From the NCBI GenBank assembly GCA_963798915.1, contig CAWCVB010000006.1, forward strand, positions 288,001-352,000: a stretch of 64,000 nucleotides of DNA. Reading direction: 5' to 3'. Within the stretch, counting starts at the first letter, position 1, and each line of letters starts with the position of its first letter. Source of the DNA: an uncultured Gemmatimonadales bacterium (GTDB lineage Bacteria; Gemmatimonadota; Gemmatimonadetes; Gemmatimonadales; GWC2-71-9). The translations under genes were made by a program, and so were the position numbers. Below are positions 38,223 to 51,736 of this stretch, piece by piece. The notes beneath the pieces were generated by a model. That model ran no database searches. It saw only the letters and a list, made by a program, of their open reading frames with translations, and was not told the origin of the DNA.

Positions 38223-38509
38223 GGCGCGCCCGAACCCGCCGGCACCAGCTTGTAGAGTCGTTCGCCGGGCCGAATCATTCCATACTGCTCCCGGGCGATG
38301 CGTTCCTGAACCGCCGGGTCGGTCTCGACAGCCGTCCGCACCTTCTGGAGCGAGTCCACCAACCGCGTCAGCTCGGTCTCCCGTGCCTGCTCAGCCGTAA
38401 GGTCGCGCTGTAGCGCCCGGTAATCCCAGGTGCTGTACTCACCACCCTGGACCGCAAACGCCGCCATGACCAGGAGGAGCGCCAGGATCAGCCATCCGCG
38501 AACGCTCAT
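38219..38509 (-). CDS. ftsB: Septum formation initiator FtsB/DivIC
   Basis: N-terminal TM, coiled coil, ERIAREQYGMIRPGE; eno-ftsB synteny. Confidence 0.9.
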   Translation of the reverse strand: MSVRGWLILALLLVMAAFAVQGGEYSTWDYRALQRDLTAEQARETELTRLVDSLQKVRTAVETDPAVQERIAREQYGMIRPGERLYKLVPAGSGAP

Positions 38510-38516
38510 CGGGGCG

Positions 38517-40589
<2,073 letters not shown>

Positions 40590-40593
<4 letters not shown>

Positions 40594-41552
40594 CGGAAGT
40601 GATCAAACCCCGTGAGTGTGAGCCGGCTGCCGCGAAACATGGGCCGGACACCGCTGCCGCGGTGGCAGGAACCCACCCGCGTCAGCGTGAGCCCCACCTC
40701 CACCTCAAAGCGGCGCACGGCGGCGTCGGCAAAATCGGGAGGCAAGGCAACCAGCAGTTCATAGTCTTCGCCGCCCTTGGCCGAGAAGATCATGGGTTCA
40801 GCGCGGGCAGCCAGCGCGGCAGACACAGCGGCGGCATCCACCGGCAGCTGCTCCAGCACGATTTCGACTTCGATGCCGGATGCCGCCGCCAGGTGTCCGG
40901 CATCAGCCACCAGGCCGTCACTCACGTCGAGCATGGCCCTGGCGCCCTGTTCCGCCAACCATCGGCCCGCGCGGATCCGCGGCTCCGGCATGGCGAACCG
41001 CCGCCTGGCGGCGGCGTCAGGTGCCCGACCAGCACGAAACGCCTCCAGGGCAGCCCGCGCAGCGCCCAGCGTCCCCGTGACCCAGAGTCCGTCGCCGGCT
41101 CTGGCCCCGCGCCGAGTCATGGGTCGCTCGGCATGACCCAGCACCGTAACGGCGACCGTCCAGACGGCACTCCGCGACAGGTCCCCTCCGACCACACGAG
41201 CGGCGCTCGCGTGCGCCGCCTCACCCGCACCCTGAATGAGCTCTGAGACCTGAGGCAAACTCGAATCACCAGGCGCCGCGAGTGCGACCAGCACTGCCGC
41301 GGGTACAGCGCCGGCGGCGGCCAGGTCCGAGAGCGCCGCAGCCGTGCTCCGATACCCGATTTCCCGGTCGGTCAGCCAGTCGCGCTCGAAGTGCACATGC
41401 TCCACACTCATGTCGACACTGATCACAGTCCGACCGGCGCCATTGGGAACCACCGCGCAATCGTCTCCCAGGTCCGATCCGCTGGCGCCGAGAGCGGCCG
41501 CGATGGAGCGAATACGGTCGAATTCGGCGCCGGCGCCGAGCGCGGAACTCAG
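40590..41552 (-). CDS. thiL: Thiamine-monophosphate kinase (apparent CTG start)
   Basis: EFDRI, LGDDCAVV, LSDLAAAGA, VVGGD, MLDVSDGL, GGEDYELL; the reading frame extends 33 codons upstream of the ORF-track start. Confidence 0.93.
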
Positions 41553-43117
41553 GGCCGTATGGCCTCCCGCGCAAAACGGACAAGTCCACTGCCCGTGGCC
41601 ACCCAGACGTAGTCGGCATCGACGGCCACATCGCGCGCATCGGCCGGGATATCACCGATCCCGAAGAGGCGCGACACCGAAAACCCGAGCCGCGCGAATC
41701 CGAACCCCTTTTCAGCCGCGAACCACACGCCTGGCCCATCCACACGGAAGGCGCGGAGGTTGCCCAGCATTCCTGACAGAACCGGATCGACATGCCATCG
41801 TCCGCCGTGCTCGCGCCACAGCAGGCGATCGCGGGTCAGCGCGACGAGTGTGTCTCCGAGCCAGCCAATCTGAAGCACCGGATCACGGAATTCCGCCGGC
41901 TCCGTGCCGGCAGGCCGCAACAGGTCGCCGGTACGGCCCACGGTGTAGAAGATCCCGAGCTGCGTCCCGATCCACGTGGTATCGGCTGAGATCGAGACGG
42001 CGTAGGCTGCGTCGTGGAACTCCGGCGCCACCCGAAAGACCTCCAGACTGTCGGACACGCGTGCCGCACCGTGTGCTGTCGCCACCCCAATCCAACCCTG
42101 GCGCGACATCACGTCATAGACCCTGTCGTCCGGCAGGCCGCGACCTCGGTCCACCATGGTGACCTGCCCTGAGGCCGGGTCCACTCGAGCCACACCTCGG
42201 TCGGTCGCGAGCCAGAGGCCACGGCCCATCCCAACGATGCGCCGCGCCGTGCTGAAGGGCAGCCCCGTCGCCGACGGACCTTGCAGGTATCTGAAGTCGC
42301 GCAGGTCGGCGGAGCCGTAGGTGAGGGCCGCGAAGGCGGTCGGCGTTCGTTCGCTCACGGTCCAGATCCCGCCCGGAGCGCTGAAGAGCGCGGTGACGGA
42401 CGAGCCCAGCACCCCGAACGGCAGCGGCTGTGGAACGGCGGCACCCTCCTGCAAATAGAGGAGTCCCGCGCCTGACGTGCCGAGATACCAGCCCAGCCGG
42501 TCGAACGTGCGTGCGGCGGCCGTGAACTGTGCCGGCCGCATGCGTCCATCAAGCAGAAATGAAGACGACATGGCGAGCACCGATGGGTGCTCCTGAAGGA
42601 ACTGATCGGCGGTCACGGGGCGAAGCGGCTGCACAGGGGAATCGGCCGGGGATGTGCTCGTGCCGCCGCGCGCCAGTTCGTACCACCGCGTCCCGACCCG
42701 CATGAGCAGACCACCCAAGGGATTGGCCAGGTCAAAGCCGATCTCACTGATCCGGCCGGGCGCGGCGCCGCTGGACCATGTTTGGAGCTCGGGCTGGTAG
42801 TGGATCCAGGCATCCGGACGCGCCAGCCAGAGCGAATTGTCGAGTGGGTCAACCATGGACGTGAAGACGCCACGAAGCAGATCACTGGTCGGAGGGCTCT
42901 GAGTGCCCTCCCATTCCCGAAACTGGGCTTGCCGAATCAGCAGCTGATCCGGTGAAGTGGCAAACACCCGATCCGAGGCCGCCGCCACCGACGTGATGGT
43001 CGAAAAATCACCCACAATCACCCGGTCGGCGGGTCGCCAGTCCCGGGTTGGGCTTTGAGCGGACGCTGCCAGCGACACGAGCGCGAGCAATGCGACCAGG
43101 CCACTCACAGTCTTCAT
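41549..43117 (-). CDS. Secreted beta-propeller-like protein
   Basis: Signal peptide MKTVSGLVALLALVSLAASA; repeated blades (LWLATDRGV, WIGTQLGI, VWVATGSGL). Confidence 0.8.
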   Translation of the reverse strand: MKTVSGLVALLALVSLAASAQSPTRDWRPADRVIVGDFSTITSVAAASDRVFATSPDQLLIRQAQFREWEGTQSPPTSDLLRGVFTSMVDPLDNSLWLARPDAWIHYQPELQTWSSGAAPGRISEIGFDLANPLGGLLMRVGTRWYELARGGTSTSPADSPVQPLRPVTADQFLQEHPSVLAMSSSFLLDGRMRPAQFTAAARTFDRLGWYLGTSGAGLLYLQEGAAVPQPLPFGVLGSSVTALFSAPGGIWTVSERTPTAFAALTYGSADLRDFRYLQGPSATGLPFSTARRIVGMGRGLWLATDRGVARVDPASGQVTMVDRGRGLPDDRVYDVMSRQGWIGVATAHGAARVSDSLEVFRVAPEFHDAAYAVSISADTTWIGTQLGIFYTVGRTGDLLRPAGTEPAEFRDPVLQIGWLGDTLVALTRDRLLWREHGGRWHVDPVLSGMLGNLRAFRVDGPGVWFAAEKGFGFARLGFSVSRLFGIGDIPADARDVAVDADYVWVATGSGLVRFAREAIRP

Positions 43118-43170
43118 AATATCATATACAGCAACATTATAGCTTCTCACACATCAGGTGATTTCTCGCG

Positions 43171-44730
43171 TCATATTTCCGCCGGGGGCGGGAGTTCCCA
43201 CAGAAGTGGCGGGGCGAATGGCCCGGCGCCGGCGCGCTGCAGGTCCCAATCCCGCCAGACATCTGGCAGGGCTGTCACCACATCGGCCGGCCGCATCGCG
43301 TGTGCGGTATGGCGCCGCGCGGCCATATCGGCTGCACGACCAAGTGCCTGTGCCGCGGCTGCGCCGGCCGCGGCCGGCTCCCGGTGCTGCGCCAGAAAGG
43401 TTCCGCAGATCCCGCTCAGGATATCACCGCTGCCGCCGGTACCCAGCCCGGGATTTCCCGACGCCACGGTCCAAGCCGACCGGTCTGGCGCCGCGATCAC
43501 CGTGGGAACTCCCTTGAGCAGCACGACGACACCGAGGCGAACCGCTGCATCCTGCGCTGCGCCCCACGGGTTCACCTCGCGAGTGGCATCGAGGTCGGGC
43601 ACCAGCGACCGAAATTCTCCCGGATGCGGCGTCAGGAGGGCTGCCTTGCCGCGCACCGCGTCGGCAAGTTCGGGTGCCCTGCCCTGGAAGACCGTAAGGG
43701 CGTCGGCGTCGATCACTATTCGCCGGGCTGCACCCGCGATGATCTTGACGAAATCCACTCGCTCGTCGCTGCGACCCAGCCCCGGTCCGATCACCACGGC
43801 ATCAGCGCGCGCCACCAGCTCGAGAGCTTCCGGGCCAGGGCGTCCCGTGAGTGCACATGTCTGGGTAAGCACTTCCGGCTCGGCAAGACGCAACTCGTGC
43901 ACCGTTTCCTCCGGCGCGACGACATGCACATAACCTGCGCCGGAGGCAAAGGCGGCATGCGCCGCCAGCCGGACGGCGCCCGAAGTGCCGGGCGCGCCAC
44001 CGGCAATGACAACTCGGCCACGGGTGCCCTTGTGATCGCTGGCGCGAAACACCGGGAGTTGAGTCGCTGCCCAGGCGTCGGTGACGAGCCGGGGCCACGC
44101 AGGATCCGCGGTGGGCAGTCCGATGTCGATGACGATCAGGGTACCGACTTGATCGCGCGCCAGGAGGTGACCGCGCCGAGGACCGCCGAACGTGATGGAG
44201 AGCTGGGCGCCCGCATTGCCATGCACGACGCCGGTGGCGAGATCGAGGCCGGTGGGCCCATCCAGGGCAACAACCGGCACCCGCAGGTCATGCAGTCGAT
44301 CGAGAAGCGCCTGAGCGGGTCCGCGCGGGGCGCCACGAGCGCCGGTGCCGAGAATCGCGTCGATGGCGAGTGCGGCGCCGGGCCATGGTCCGTCTGGGGG
44401 CAGCTGCCGCACACCAGCAGCCAGTGCGAGTTCGGCGGCCGAGCGACAGGCATCTGAGCGGGTGCCCTCGACCGATGCGACCCATACCGGGGCGCCGGCG
44501 GCGGCCAACGCTCGCGCCGTGACCCATCCGTCCCCGCCGTTATTGCCTGCCCCGGCAGCCAGGATGGTGCCACTGGACAGCAGATGACCAAAGCGGGAAG
44601 CCACAATCCATGCGGCGCCCCGACCGGCAGCGTCCATGAGCGTCGGCAATGCGATGCCGGCGTTCCGCGCGCGTTCATCCCAGGCAGCGGCATCCTCCGG
44701 GGCGAGGACCGGCAGCATGGGGCGCGTCAT
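43171..44730 (-). CDS. nnr: Bifunctional NAD(P)HX epimerase/dehydratase
   Basis: GAGNNGGDG, DAILGTG, HKGTRG, IGPGLG, LTPHPGEF, GGSGDILSG. Confidence 0.96.
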   Translation of the reverse strand: MTRPMLPVLAPEDAAAWDERARNAGIALPTLMDAAGRGAAWIVASRFGHLLSSGTILAAGAGNNGGDGWVTARALAAAGAPVWVASVEGTRSDACRSAAELALAAGVRQLPPDGPWPGAALAIDAILGTGARGAPRGPAQALLDRLHDLRVPVVALDGPTGLDLATGVVHGNAGAQLSITFGGPRRGHLLARDQVGTLIVIDIGLPTADPAWPRLVTDAWAATQLPVFRASDHKGTRGRVVIAGGAPGTSGAVRLAAHAAFASGAGYVHVVAPEETVHELRLAEPEVLTQTCALTGRPGPEALELVARADAVVIGPGLGRSDERVDFVKIIAGAARRIVIDADALTVFQGRAPELADAVRGKAALLTPHPGEFRSLVPDLDATREVNPWGAAQDAAVRLGVVVLLKGVPTVIAAPDRSAWTVASGNPGLGTGGSGDILSGICGTFLAQHREPAAAGAAAAQALGRAADMAARRHTAHAMRPADVVTALPDVWRDWDLQRAGAGPFAPPLLWELPPPAEI

Positions 44731-44754
44731 GGGGAGGGACGCATCTTGACCCGG

Positions 44755-44949
44755 CTACTTGACGCTGTGCCCGATGGTCCGGCCTATGGAAATCTCCCCG
44801 TTGTCGATCCGGATATTGAAGCCGCAGTCCGGATTGGTGCAGACCCATGCCTTGTAGGTGATGGGCGCGCCATCCCGGCCGTAATCGGACAAAGGAATCA
44901 GCATTCCAGCATTGCACTTCCGACAGGCCGGCCACTCCCGTTGTTCCAT
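44755..44949 (-). CDS. Small zinc-ribbon-like protein (64 aa)
   Basis: CRKC...CTNPDC; GGAGG RBS before ATG 44949. Confidence 0.8.
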   Translation of the reverse strand: MEQREWPACRKCNAGMLIPLSDYGRDGAPITYKAWVCTNPDCGFNIRIDNGEISIGRTIGHSVK

Positions 44950-44960
44950 ACGTCCCTCCG

Positions 44961-45356
44961 TCATCCCGTCGCCGTTCTGGGAACTCCCTGCCAGGCATAC
45001 CGCCCGCCGAACACGTCATCGAATTCGTAGACGGAGGCAAAGTCGGATTCGCGATCCCCCGGCTGAGTGACCAACAGCCCAACCTCCACCAGGGTATAGA
45101 CGATGCGCCCGAAATCTTCCGTCCTGCTGATGCCCCAATGCTGGAGCACGCTCGCCGCCATCAGCCCGAACTGTTCGAGCGCAAACCCATGACACGCCCA
45201 CGCCAACTCCGCGCCGTTCACGTGACGCCGGGCCTCAAGCCCTGTCTGAAGGTACTCGACCGATGCGAGCACGAACAGATAGGCGCGCTCATCGTAGCGG
45301 CCCCCGTGTCGGCGGATCCGTGCCAGCATGCTGTCGGAGAACTGCAGTCCATTCAT
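44961..45356 (-). CDS. Conserved hypothetical protein (Minf_1886-like)
   Basis: [41 protein letters not shown]; family recalled from memory. Confidence 0.8.
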   Translation of the reverse strand: MNGLQFSDSMLARIRRHGGRYDERAYLFVLASVEYLQTGLEARRHVNGAELAWACHGFALEQFGLMAASVLQHWGISRTEDFGRIVYTLVEVGLLVTQPGDRESDFASVYEFDDVFGGRYAWQGVPRTATG

Positions 45357-46621
45357 ACGGCGGCGTGGTGCCTCGCGGCATACAGGGGATACAGTTCGGC
45401 CAGCTCGTGCACCTCTCGCCGCACCTGCGCCAGCGTTGTTTCGTCCTGCCGGCTCAGCACCAGTGCGATGAAGCTGGCGATCCGCGCCATCTCCTCGGTG
45501 CCCATGCCGCGCGTCGTCAGGGCGGGCGTGCCAATACGGATACCGCTGGTGACAAAGGGAGACGCCGGATCATCGGGCACGGTGTTCTTGTTGACCGTCA
45601 TGCCGGCCTGGCCGAGCAGGCTTTCCGCCAGCTTCCCGGTCAGTCCGCGTCGGCGCAGGTCCACCAGCATCAGGTGAGTGTCGGTCCCACCCGAGACCAG
45701 GTCGAACCCCTCCGCCATCAGTCCCTCCGCCAGCGCGCGGGCGTTCTCCACGACGTGTCGGGCATACCGCTTGAATTCGCCCGTCAGTGCCTCCCCGAAC
45801 GCGACTGCCTTGGCGGCGATGATGTGTTCCAGCGGTCCACCCTGTGTCCCGGGAAAGACCGACTTGTCCACCGCCTTGGCGAGCTCGCCGTTGCAGAGGA
45901 TCATGCCCCCGCGCGGACCGCGCAGCGTCTTGTGCGTCGTGGTCGTGACAACCTGCGCGTGAGGCACGGGAGACGGGTGCACTCCGCCAGCCACCAGCCC
46001 GGCAAAATGAGCCATGTCCACCAGCAGGGTGGCGCCCACCTCGTCCGCGATGCTGCGGAAAGCCGCAAAATCGATAATCCTGGCGTAGGCGCTCCCACCG
46101 GCCACGATGAGGCCCGGCCGTTCGGCGCGCGCAAGCTCACGGACCGCGTCGTAATCGATCCTGCCCGACCTCGCATCGACACCATAATGAACGGCACGCC
46201 AGATGGTGCCGCTATGGCTCACCTTGGCGCCGTGGGTCAAGTGCCCCCCGTGCGGCAACGCCATGCCGAGCAGCGTCCCGCCCGGCGGCAGTACGGCCAT
46301 GAACGCGGCAAAGTTGGCCTGGGCCCCCGAATGCGGCTGCACATTCGCGTGATCAGCGCCGAAAATCTGGCGCGCGCGGTCGATCGCGAGCTGCTCGATC
46401 TGGTCCACCACCTCACAGCCGCCATAGTAGCGGCGTCCGGGATAGCCCTCGGCGTACTTGTTGGTCAGCGGGGTCCCGGCCGCGTCGAGTACGGCGCGAC
46501 TCGCAAAATTCTCGCTGGCGATGAGCTCCAGCCCATCCCGCTGGCGCGCGAGTTCCCGGTCGACCAATCCGGCGACGACGGGATCAGCTTGTCTGAGCGT
46601 GGCGTTCAGGTCCAGCGTCAC
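45353..46621 (-). CDS. glyA: Serine hydroxymethyltransferase
   Basis: [35 protein letters not shown]. Confidence 0.98.
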   Translation of the reverse strand: MTLDLNATLRQADPVVAGLVDRELARQRDGLELIASENFASRAVLDAAGTPLTNKYAEGYPGRRYYGGCEVVDQIEQLAIDRARQIFGADHANVQPHSGAQANFAAFMAVLPPGGTLLGMALPHGGHLTHGAKVSHSGTIWRAVHYGVDARSGRIDYDAVRELARAERPGLIVAGGSAYARIIDFAAFRSIADEVGATLLVDMAHFAGLVAGGVHPSPVPHAQVVTTTTHKTLRGPRGGMILCNGELAKAVDKSVFPGTQGGPLEHIIAAKAVAFGEALTGEFKRYARHVVENARALAEGLMAEGFDLVSGGTDTHLMLVDLRRRGLTGKLAESLLGQAGMTVNKNTVPDDPASPFVTSGIRIGTPALTTRGMGTEEMARIASFIALVLSRQDETTLAQVRREVHELAELYPLYAARHHAAV

Positions 46622-47061
46622 GGCGCCTCCGCGTCGATTTCGGCGACGCGACGGGCGTGGCGTCCGCCGGCAAAGGGCGTATCGAGGAACGTGTGGAGGA
46701 TCTGGACCGCCTCGTCGTCGGAGAGGAAGCGCGAGGGCAGCACCAGGACGTTGGCGTTGTTATGCTCGCGTGACAGCCGGGCCACTTCGTCATTCCAGAC
46801 CACCGCCGCCCGGACGCCATGATGGCGGTTGGCAGCGTATGACATGCCGAGCCCCGACCCGCAGAGGAGCACACCGCGCGCGGCCTTGCCCTGCCCAACG
46901 GCCTGTGCCACCTGATGCGCGTAGGGGGGATAGTCGGTCGAGGCGGCACTATGAGTGCCCAGGTCGTCGGGCTCGAACCCCAGGCGCTGCAGCTCGCCGA
47001 TCAAGTGCTGCTTCATTTCGAAGCCGGCGTGGTCCGCCGCGATTGGTATGACTTCAGCCAT
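46618..47061 (-). CDS. rpiB: Ribose-5-phosphate isomerase B
   Basis: [33 protein letters not shown]. Confidence 0.96.
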   Translation of the reverse strand: MAEVIPIAADHAGFEMKQHLIGELQRLGFEPDDLGTHSAASTDYPPYAHQVAQAVGQGKAARGVLLCGSGLGMSYAANRHHGVRAAVVWNDEVARLSREHNNANVLVLPSRFLSDDEAVQILHTFLDTPFAGGRHARRVAEIDAEAP

Positions 47062-47079
47062 GGATGCCCTGCCTCTCGT

Positions 47080-48147
47080 TCAGCGCCGACCGCTCAGCCA
47101 GAGCTTGTCGAGCCCGTTGACGGCGGCGATCCGCTCCTCCGCCAGCCGGTCGGCAGCGCGATACGTCGCGATGCCATCCCGCTTCGCGATGGCAAAGATA
47201 CGCTGGATCGTGTCGTAGATTTCGCCGGCCTTCTTGTGCGAACGCTCCTCCGGCCAGTGGTGGAGCTCGCCGTACACGTTGATCAGCCCGCCGCCGTTGA
47301 TGACGTAGTCCGGAGCATAGCTGATGCCGCGGTCGTCGAGAATGTCGCCGTGCCGCTCCTCCGCGAGCTGATTATTCGCGCCGCCAGCGATCACCTCGAC
47401 CTTGAGGCGCTTCAAGGTCTCGTCGTTGATGGTCGCGCCCAGTGCGCAGGGAGCGTATATGTCTCCCTTCTCGTCGTAGATCGTGGAAGGATCGACGGGC
47501 CGGGCCCCGAATTCATCCACCGCTCGCTGCATCTTCTCGCGGTCAATATCCGTGACGACAAGCTTGGCTCCCTCGGCATGCAGATGCCGGCACAGGTAGT
47601 AGGCGACCTTGCCGGCACCCTGGACCAGGACGGTCCTGCCGGCCAGGTCATCGGTGCCCCAATGCGCGTGCGCTGTCGCCTTCATGCCCATGTAGACCCC
47701 GTACGCCGTCACCGGTGAGGGATCGCCCGAGAGTCCCATGAGTCCGGCTACGTGATTGGTCTCGAGACGGACAAACTCCATGTCCATTGGACTGGTGCCC
47801 ACATCTTCGGCGGTGATGTACCGGCCATTGAGCGATTCAACAAACCGGCCATGGGCGCGGAAGAGTGTCTCCCGGTCAGTTCGCTTGTTGTTGCCGATGA
47901 TCACCGACTTGCCGCCGCCCAGATTCAGCCCCGCCACGGCCGCCTTGTACGTCATCCCACGAGCCAGACGAAGGGCATCGACAATCGCGGCGTCCGTGCT
48001 CTCATACTGCCAGAATCGCGTGCCCCCGAGCGCCGGCCCGAGGGTGGTGTCGTGCACCGCGATCAAGCCGAAGTACTCGCAGGAAGGGTCATGGCACAGG
48101 ACCAGCTGTTCATGGCCATGCTCATGGATTTCGCGAAAGATGTCCAT
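47080..48147 (-). CDS. Glu/Leu/Phe/Val dehydrogenase (leucine dehydrogenase-like)
   Basis: [35 protein letters not shown]. Confidence 0.94.
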   Translation of the reverse strand: MDIFREIHEHGHEQLVLCHDPSCEYFGLIAVHDTTLGPALGGTRFWQYESTDAAIVDALRLARGMTYKAAVAGLNLGGGKSVIIGNNKRTDRETLFRAHGRFVESLNGRYITAEDVGTSPMDMEFVRLETNHVAGLMGLSGDPSPVTAYGVYMGMKATAHAHWGTDDLAGRTVLVQGAGKVAYYLCRHLHAEGAKLVVTDIDREKMQRAVDEFGARPVDPSTIYDEKGDIYAPCALGATINDETLKRLKVEVIAGGANNQLAEERHGDILDDRGISYAPDYVINGGGLINVYGELHHWPEERSHKKAGEIYDTIQRIFAIAKRDGIATYRAADRLAEERIAAVNGLDKLWLSGRR

Positions 48148-48226
48148 GGACGTGCGGCTCCGAGAAGAGTATGGAGGCCGCGCTTCGGCATCGGGCCGGG
48201 CGCGGAATCAGGTTCGCTGCGCGCAG

Positions 48227-49075
48227 CTACTGCCCGTAGCTGAAGAATCCCTGGCCGCTCTTCCGGCCGAGGTGACCGGCCGCGACCATGCGCCGCAGCA
48301 GCGGGCAGGGCCGGTACTTGGGATCACCCAGCCCCTCATGCATCACCTCCAGGATGGCGAGGCAGACATCCAGGCCGATGAAGTCGGCGAGCGCCAAGGG
48401 ACCCATTGGGTGCGCCATCCCGAGCTTCATGACCGTGTCGATCGCCTCGGGCTCCGCCACGCTTTCCATCACACAGAATATGGCCTCGTTGATCATTGGC
48501 AGGAGCACCCGGTTGGCTACGAAGCCGGGATAGTCGTTGACCAGCACCGGCGTCTTGCCCAGCGATTCGGCGATGGCCGTCACCTGCGTCGCCGTATCGT
48601 CGGACGTGTCCTGGCCCCGGATGACTTCCACCAGTTTCATGACCGGCACCGGGTTCATGAAATGCATGCCGATGATCCGGTCTGGGCGCCCGGTGCGGCC
48701 AGCGATTTCGGTGATGGAAATCGAGCTTGTGTTGGTTGCGAGTATGGTTTCGGGACGGCAGAGGCCGTCCAGCGCCTGGAAAATGGCGTACTTGACTGAA
48801 GGTTTTTCGCTGGCCGCCTCGATCACAAGTTCGGCGTTGTGTGCGGCCTCCAGCGTGGTGGCGGGCTTGACCCGGCCAAGTATCTCGTCGGCCGAACCCT
48901 CCGGCAACGCACCCTTCCGGACCTGCCGCTCGATGTTGGAACGGATGGTTTCCGTGGCCTTCTCCAGCGCCGGCGTCGCCGTATCGATCATCGCCACGGT
49001 CCAGCCATGCTGAGCCAGTACGTGGGCGATACCATTCCCCATGGTGCCGGCGCCAATGACCGCCGCATGCTTCAT
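48227..49075 (-). CDS. hbd: 3-hydroxybutyryl-CoA dehydrogenase
   Basis: GAGTMGNGIA, NTSSISI, GMHFMNP, HPMGPL. Confidence 0.94.
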   Translation of the reverse strand: MKHAAVIGAGTMGNGIAHVLAQHGWTVAMIDTATPALEKATETIRSNIERQVRKGALPEGSADEILGRVKPATTLEAAHNAELVIEAASEKPSVKYAIFQALDGLCRPETILATNTSSISITEIAGRTGRPDRIIGMHFMNPVPVMKLVEVIRGQDTSDDTATQVTAIAESLGKTPVLVNDYPGFVANRVLLPMINEAIFCVMESVAEPEAIDTVMKLGMAHPMGPLALADFIGLDVCLAILEVMHEGLGDPKYRPCPLLRRMVAAGHLGRKSGQGFFSYGQ

Positions 49076-49944
49076 GCTTGATCCTTTCGTAGCTGTCGCA
49101 GGACAATCAGGCAGGCCAGCCCGAGCGCGAACGTTGCGGCAAGGCCGCCCTCCGGGCCGAACGCGCCGCCGGTCATCCAGGACGGACCACCAGGGCGATA
49201 GTCCAGCATCGGGATGTCGAATGGAAATCCGCTGACCGGAGCGTCAAGCCCGGCCAGCGTCACGTTCCAGCCAACGTGGGCGCCGAACGCCGTCCACAAT
49301 CCACCCGGAGCAAAGAACGCCAGGCCAAGGAAGACTCCGGCCAGGGCGATGTTCCCGAGGCCGAGCCCGCTGACATGCGGATTGCCGAGGTGCGCGAGCG
49401 CAAATACGATCGAAACCGCCACAAGAGCGGCTCCTCGCCCGAACGCCCGCGCCAACAGGACCAGCGGCACGCCACGAAACAGCACTTCCTCCGCTAGGGC
49501 CGCGGGAGCGAGCACGATCCCGGTGAGTCCCACGGACGCCACGTACGGTCCGATCCCGCCGGCATCTGACGCCCATCCGGCGGATGTGGTGAGCGCCGCG
49601 AGGGTCAGGGCCGCGGCTGCCGCCAATGCACCGATGCCGAAGCCCCAGCCCAAGCCGTGCAGGCGCGATCCGGCATGAGTCCAGCGTACGGAAGGCAAGT
49701 CCAGCCCGGCGGCCTTGAATCCGACCAGCCAGGTGGCAGCCACCGCACCCAGCAGTGCAGCACAACCCTGAAGCAGTATGGAAGCGGGCGAGGCGTTCCT
49801 GAGCCAGGCCACCGCGCCGCGAGGCGAACCCGCAGCAAGGCCGGCCGCACCGATGGAAAACAGGCCGGTGATAACCGTGGCGAGGGCGAGAAACGCGATT
49901 GACCAACCGATCGCTGCTGCCGCACCCCTCCGCCCGGTCGCCAC
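49072..49944 (-). CDS. CPBP/Abi family intramembrane glutamic protease
   Basis: EEVLFRG, FALAH, HVGWN, GPEGG; start approximate. Confidence 0.92.
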   Translation of the reverse strand: MATGRRGAAAAIGWSIAFLALATVITGLFSIGAAGLAAGSPRGAVAWLRNASPASILLQGCAALLGAVAATWLVGFKAAGLDLPSVRWTHAGSRLHGLGWGFGIGALAAAAALTLAALTTSAGWASDAGGIGPYVASVGLTGIVLAPAALAEEVLFRGVPLVLLARAFGRGAALVAVSIVFALAHLGNPHVSGLGLGNIALAGVFLGLAFFAPGGLWTAFGAHVGWNVTLAGLDAPVSGFPFDIPMLDYRPGGPSWMTGGAFGPEGGLAATFALGLACLIVLRQLRKDQA

Positions 49945-49948
49945 AAGC

Positions 49949-50527
49949 CTAATGACGCGTGGTAAGTCGAGAGCGGCTGAAGGCCAGCACCACAGTGGCA
50001 ATTGCGACCTTGGTCAGGTCACCGGCGAGAAACGGCATGAGGCCCGCCCGGAACGCCAGTCCCGGATCTCCACCGAGCAGCGCCAACTGCGACACCCCGC
50101 CAAGATGAATAACGGCCATCGCCACGGTCAGCACCAGTGCTGTCCAGGCGATGCGCGCGGCACCGTGCAGGCGTCTGCTTCGCGCCAACCCCGCGACCGC
50201 CGCAGCGGCTGGGAAGGCCAGGAGATACCCGCCCGTTGGTCCCAGAAGGTGCAGCAGCCCGCCGTGGGCAAATGCGAAGACCGGAGCCCCTGCTGCCCCA
50301 GCCAGCAAGTAGGTTCCGAGCGCGGCCGCACCCTCGGCCGGACCGAGCCAGGCTCCCACCAGCAGCACGGCCAGCCCCTGCAGCGTAAAGGGAACGGGCG
50401 TGAAGGCGAGCGGAATCGACAGCTGGGCGCTGAGCGCCACGACGAGCGCGCCAAGACCCACTCTCAGGGCACGGGTCAGGACGTCTGGATAAGGAGAAAC
50501 GCGAGCATCGTTGGCTGGCTGCATCAC
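49949..50527 (-). CDS. bioY: Biotin transporter BioY
   Basis: [38 protein letters not shown]. Confidence 0.94.
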   Translation of the reverse strand: MMQPANDARVSPYPDVLTRALRVGLGALVVALSAQLSIPLAFTPVPFTLQGLAVLLVGAWLGPAEGAAALGTYLLAGAAGAPVFAFAHGGLLHLLGPTGGYLLAFPAAAAVAGLARSRRLHGAARIAWTALVLTVAMAVIHLGGVSQLALLGGDPGLAFRAGLMPFLAGDLTKVAIATVVLAFSRSRLTTRH

Positions 50528-51711
50528 AGCTTCTCCACGGAGAGGGCCACGGCATTACCTCCGCCGAGGCAAAGTGTCGCCAGGCCGGTGGCCTTGTCCT
50601 GCTGATCCAGCGCCGCCAGCAACGTCGTCAGGATACGTGCGCCGCTTGCACCGATCGGATGACCCAATGCGACGGCGCCACCGTTGACGTTGACCCGATC
50701 CCAGTCCCAACCGAGTTCTCGGCCGTCAGCCAGGGCCTGGACCGCAAAGGCCTCGTTCGCCTCGATCAGGTCGTAATCCTTGATGCTGGTTCCCGCCCGC
50801 TTCATGAGGTTGCGCACGGCTACGATCGGCGCAAAGAAGAGGTCCTTCGGCTCGCCACCGCCGGCGGCATAGGCCGTGATGCGTGCTCGGGGCTTCAACC
50901 CGTTGGCCTTGGCGTAGGCGAGGGACGTCACCACCAGCGCGCTGGCGCCGTCATTGAGTCCGGGAGCATTACCGGCGGTTACCGAGCCTTCCCGTCGGAA
51001 GGCGGGCTTCAGCCTGCCGAGCGCCTCGAGCGACGTGTCCTTTCGGGGGCCCTCGTCCACATCGACAATGGTCTCTCCCTTCCGCCCCGGGACGGCAACG
51101 GGCACGATCTCCGCCTTGAACCTGCCGGCTTCCTGCGCTGCCACCGCTTTCTGATGGCTCGCCAGGGCAAACGCGTCCTGATCGTGCCGCGAGATGCCGG
51201 CCTTTTCGGCCGTGTACTCCGCGTACTCGCCCATGTGGTTGTCGCCGAAGGAATCCCACAGGCCATCGTGGATCATGCCGTCCACGACAGTCTGGTTCCC
51301 TGCCTTGACGCCGGTGCGGTAGCCATACAGGTAATGCGGCGCCGAGGACATGGACTCCTGGCCCCCGGCAAGCAGGCATGACGCGTCTCCCGCCTTGACC
51401 GCCTGGGCCGCCAGCATGACCGCCTTCAGGCCCGATCCGCAGACCTTGTTGATGGTCAGCGCCGGTACCGTGCCGGGAACGCCGCCGTGAATCATGGACT
51501 GCCGGGCCGGGGCCTGCCCGCTGCCACCCTGCACCACCTGGCCCATGATGACTTCATCGATGGTTGCGGGATCGATCGCCGCGCGAGCGATTGCCTCGCG
51601 AATGACGATGGCGCCCAACTGCGGCGCAGTCAGGCCAGATAGTCCGCCGAGAAACCGGCCGATGGGCGTCCGGACAGCCGAAACGATTACTGCCGTGGTC
51701 TCATCTGACAT
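50524..51711 (-). CDS. Acetyl-CoA C-acetyltransferase (thiolase)
   Basis: [26 protein letters not shown]. Confidence 0.96.
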   Translation of the reverse strand: MSDETTAVIVSAVRTPIGRFLGGLSGLTAPQLGAIVIREAIARAAIDPATIDEVIMGQVVQGGSGQAPARQSMIHGGVPGTVPALTINKVCGSGLKAVMLAAQAVKAGDASCLLAGGQESMSSAPHYLYGYRTGVKAGNQTVVDGMIHDGLWDSFGDNHMGEYAEYTAEKAGISRHDQDAFALASHQKAVAAQEAGRFKAEIVPVAVPGRKGETIVDVDEGPRKDTSLEALGRLKPAFRREGSVTAGNAPGLNDGASALVVTSLAYAKANGLKPRARITAYAAGGGEPKDLFFAPIVAVRNLMKRAGTSIKDYDLIEANEAFAVQALADGRELGWDWDRVNVNGGAVALGHPIGASGARILTTLLAALDQQDKATGLATLCLGGGNAVALSVEKL

Positions 51712-51736
51712 GGGCGGGAAAATAGCCGGATCGCGC

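Noticed and set aside
43115..43135. LexA/SOS box (CTGTATAT...)
   Set aside because: Only a half site; the closing CAG at the correct spacing is absent.
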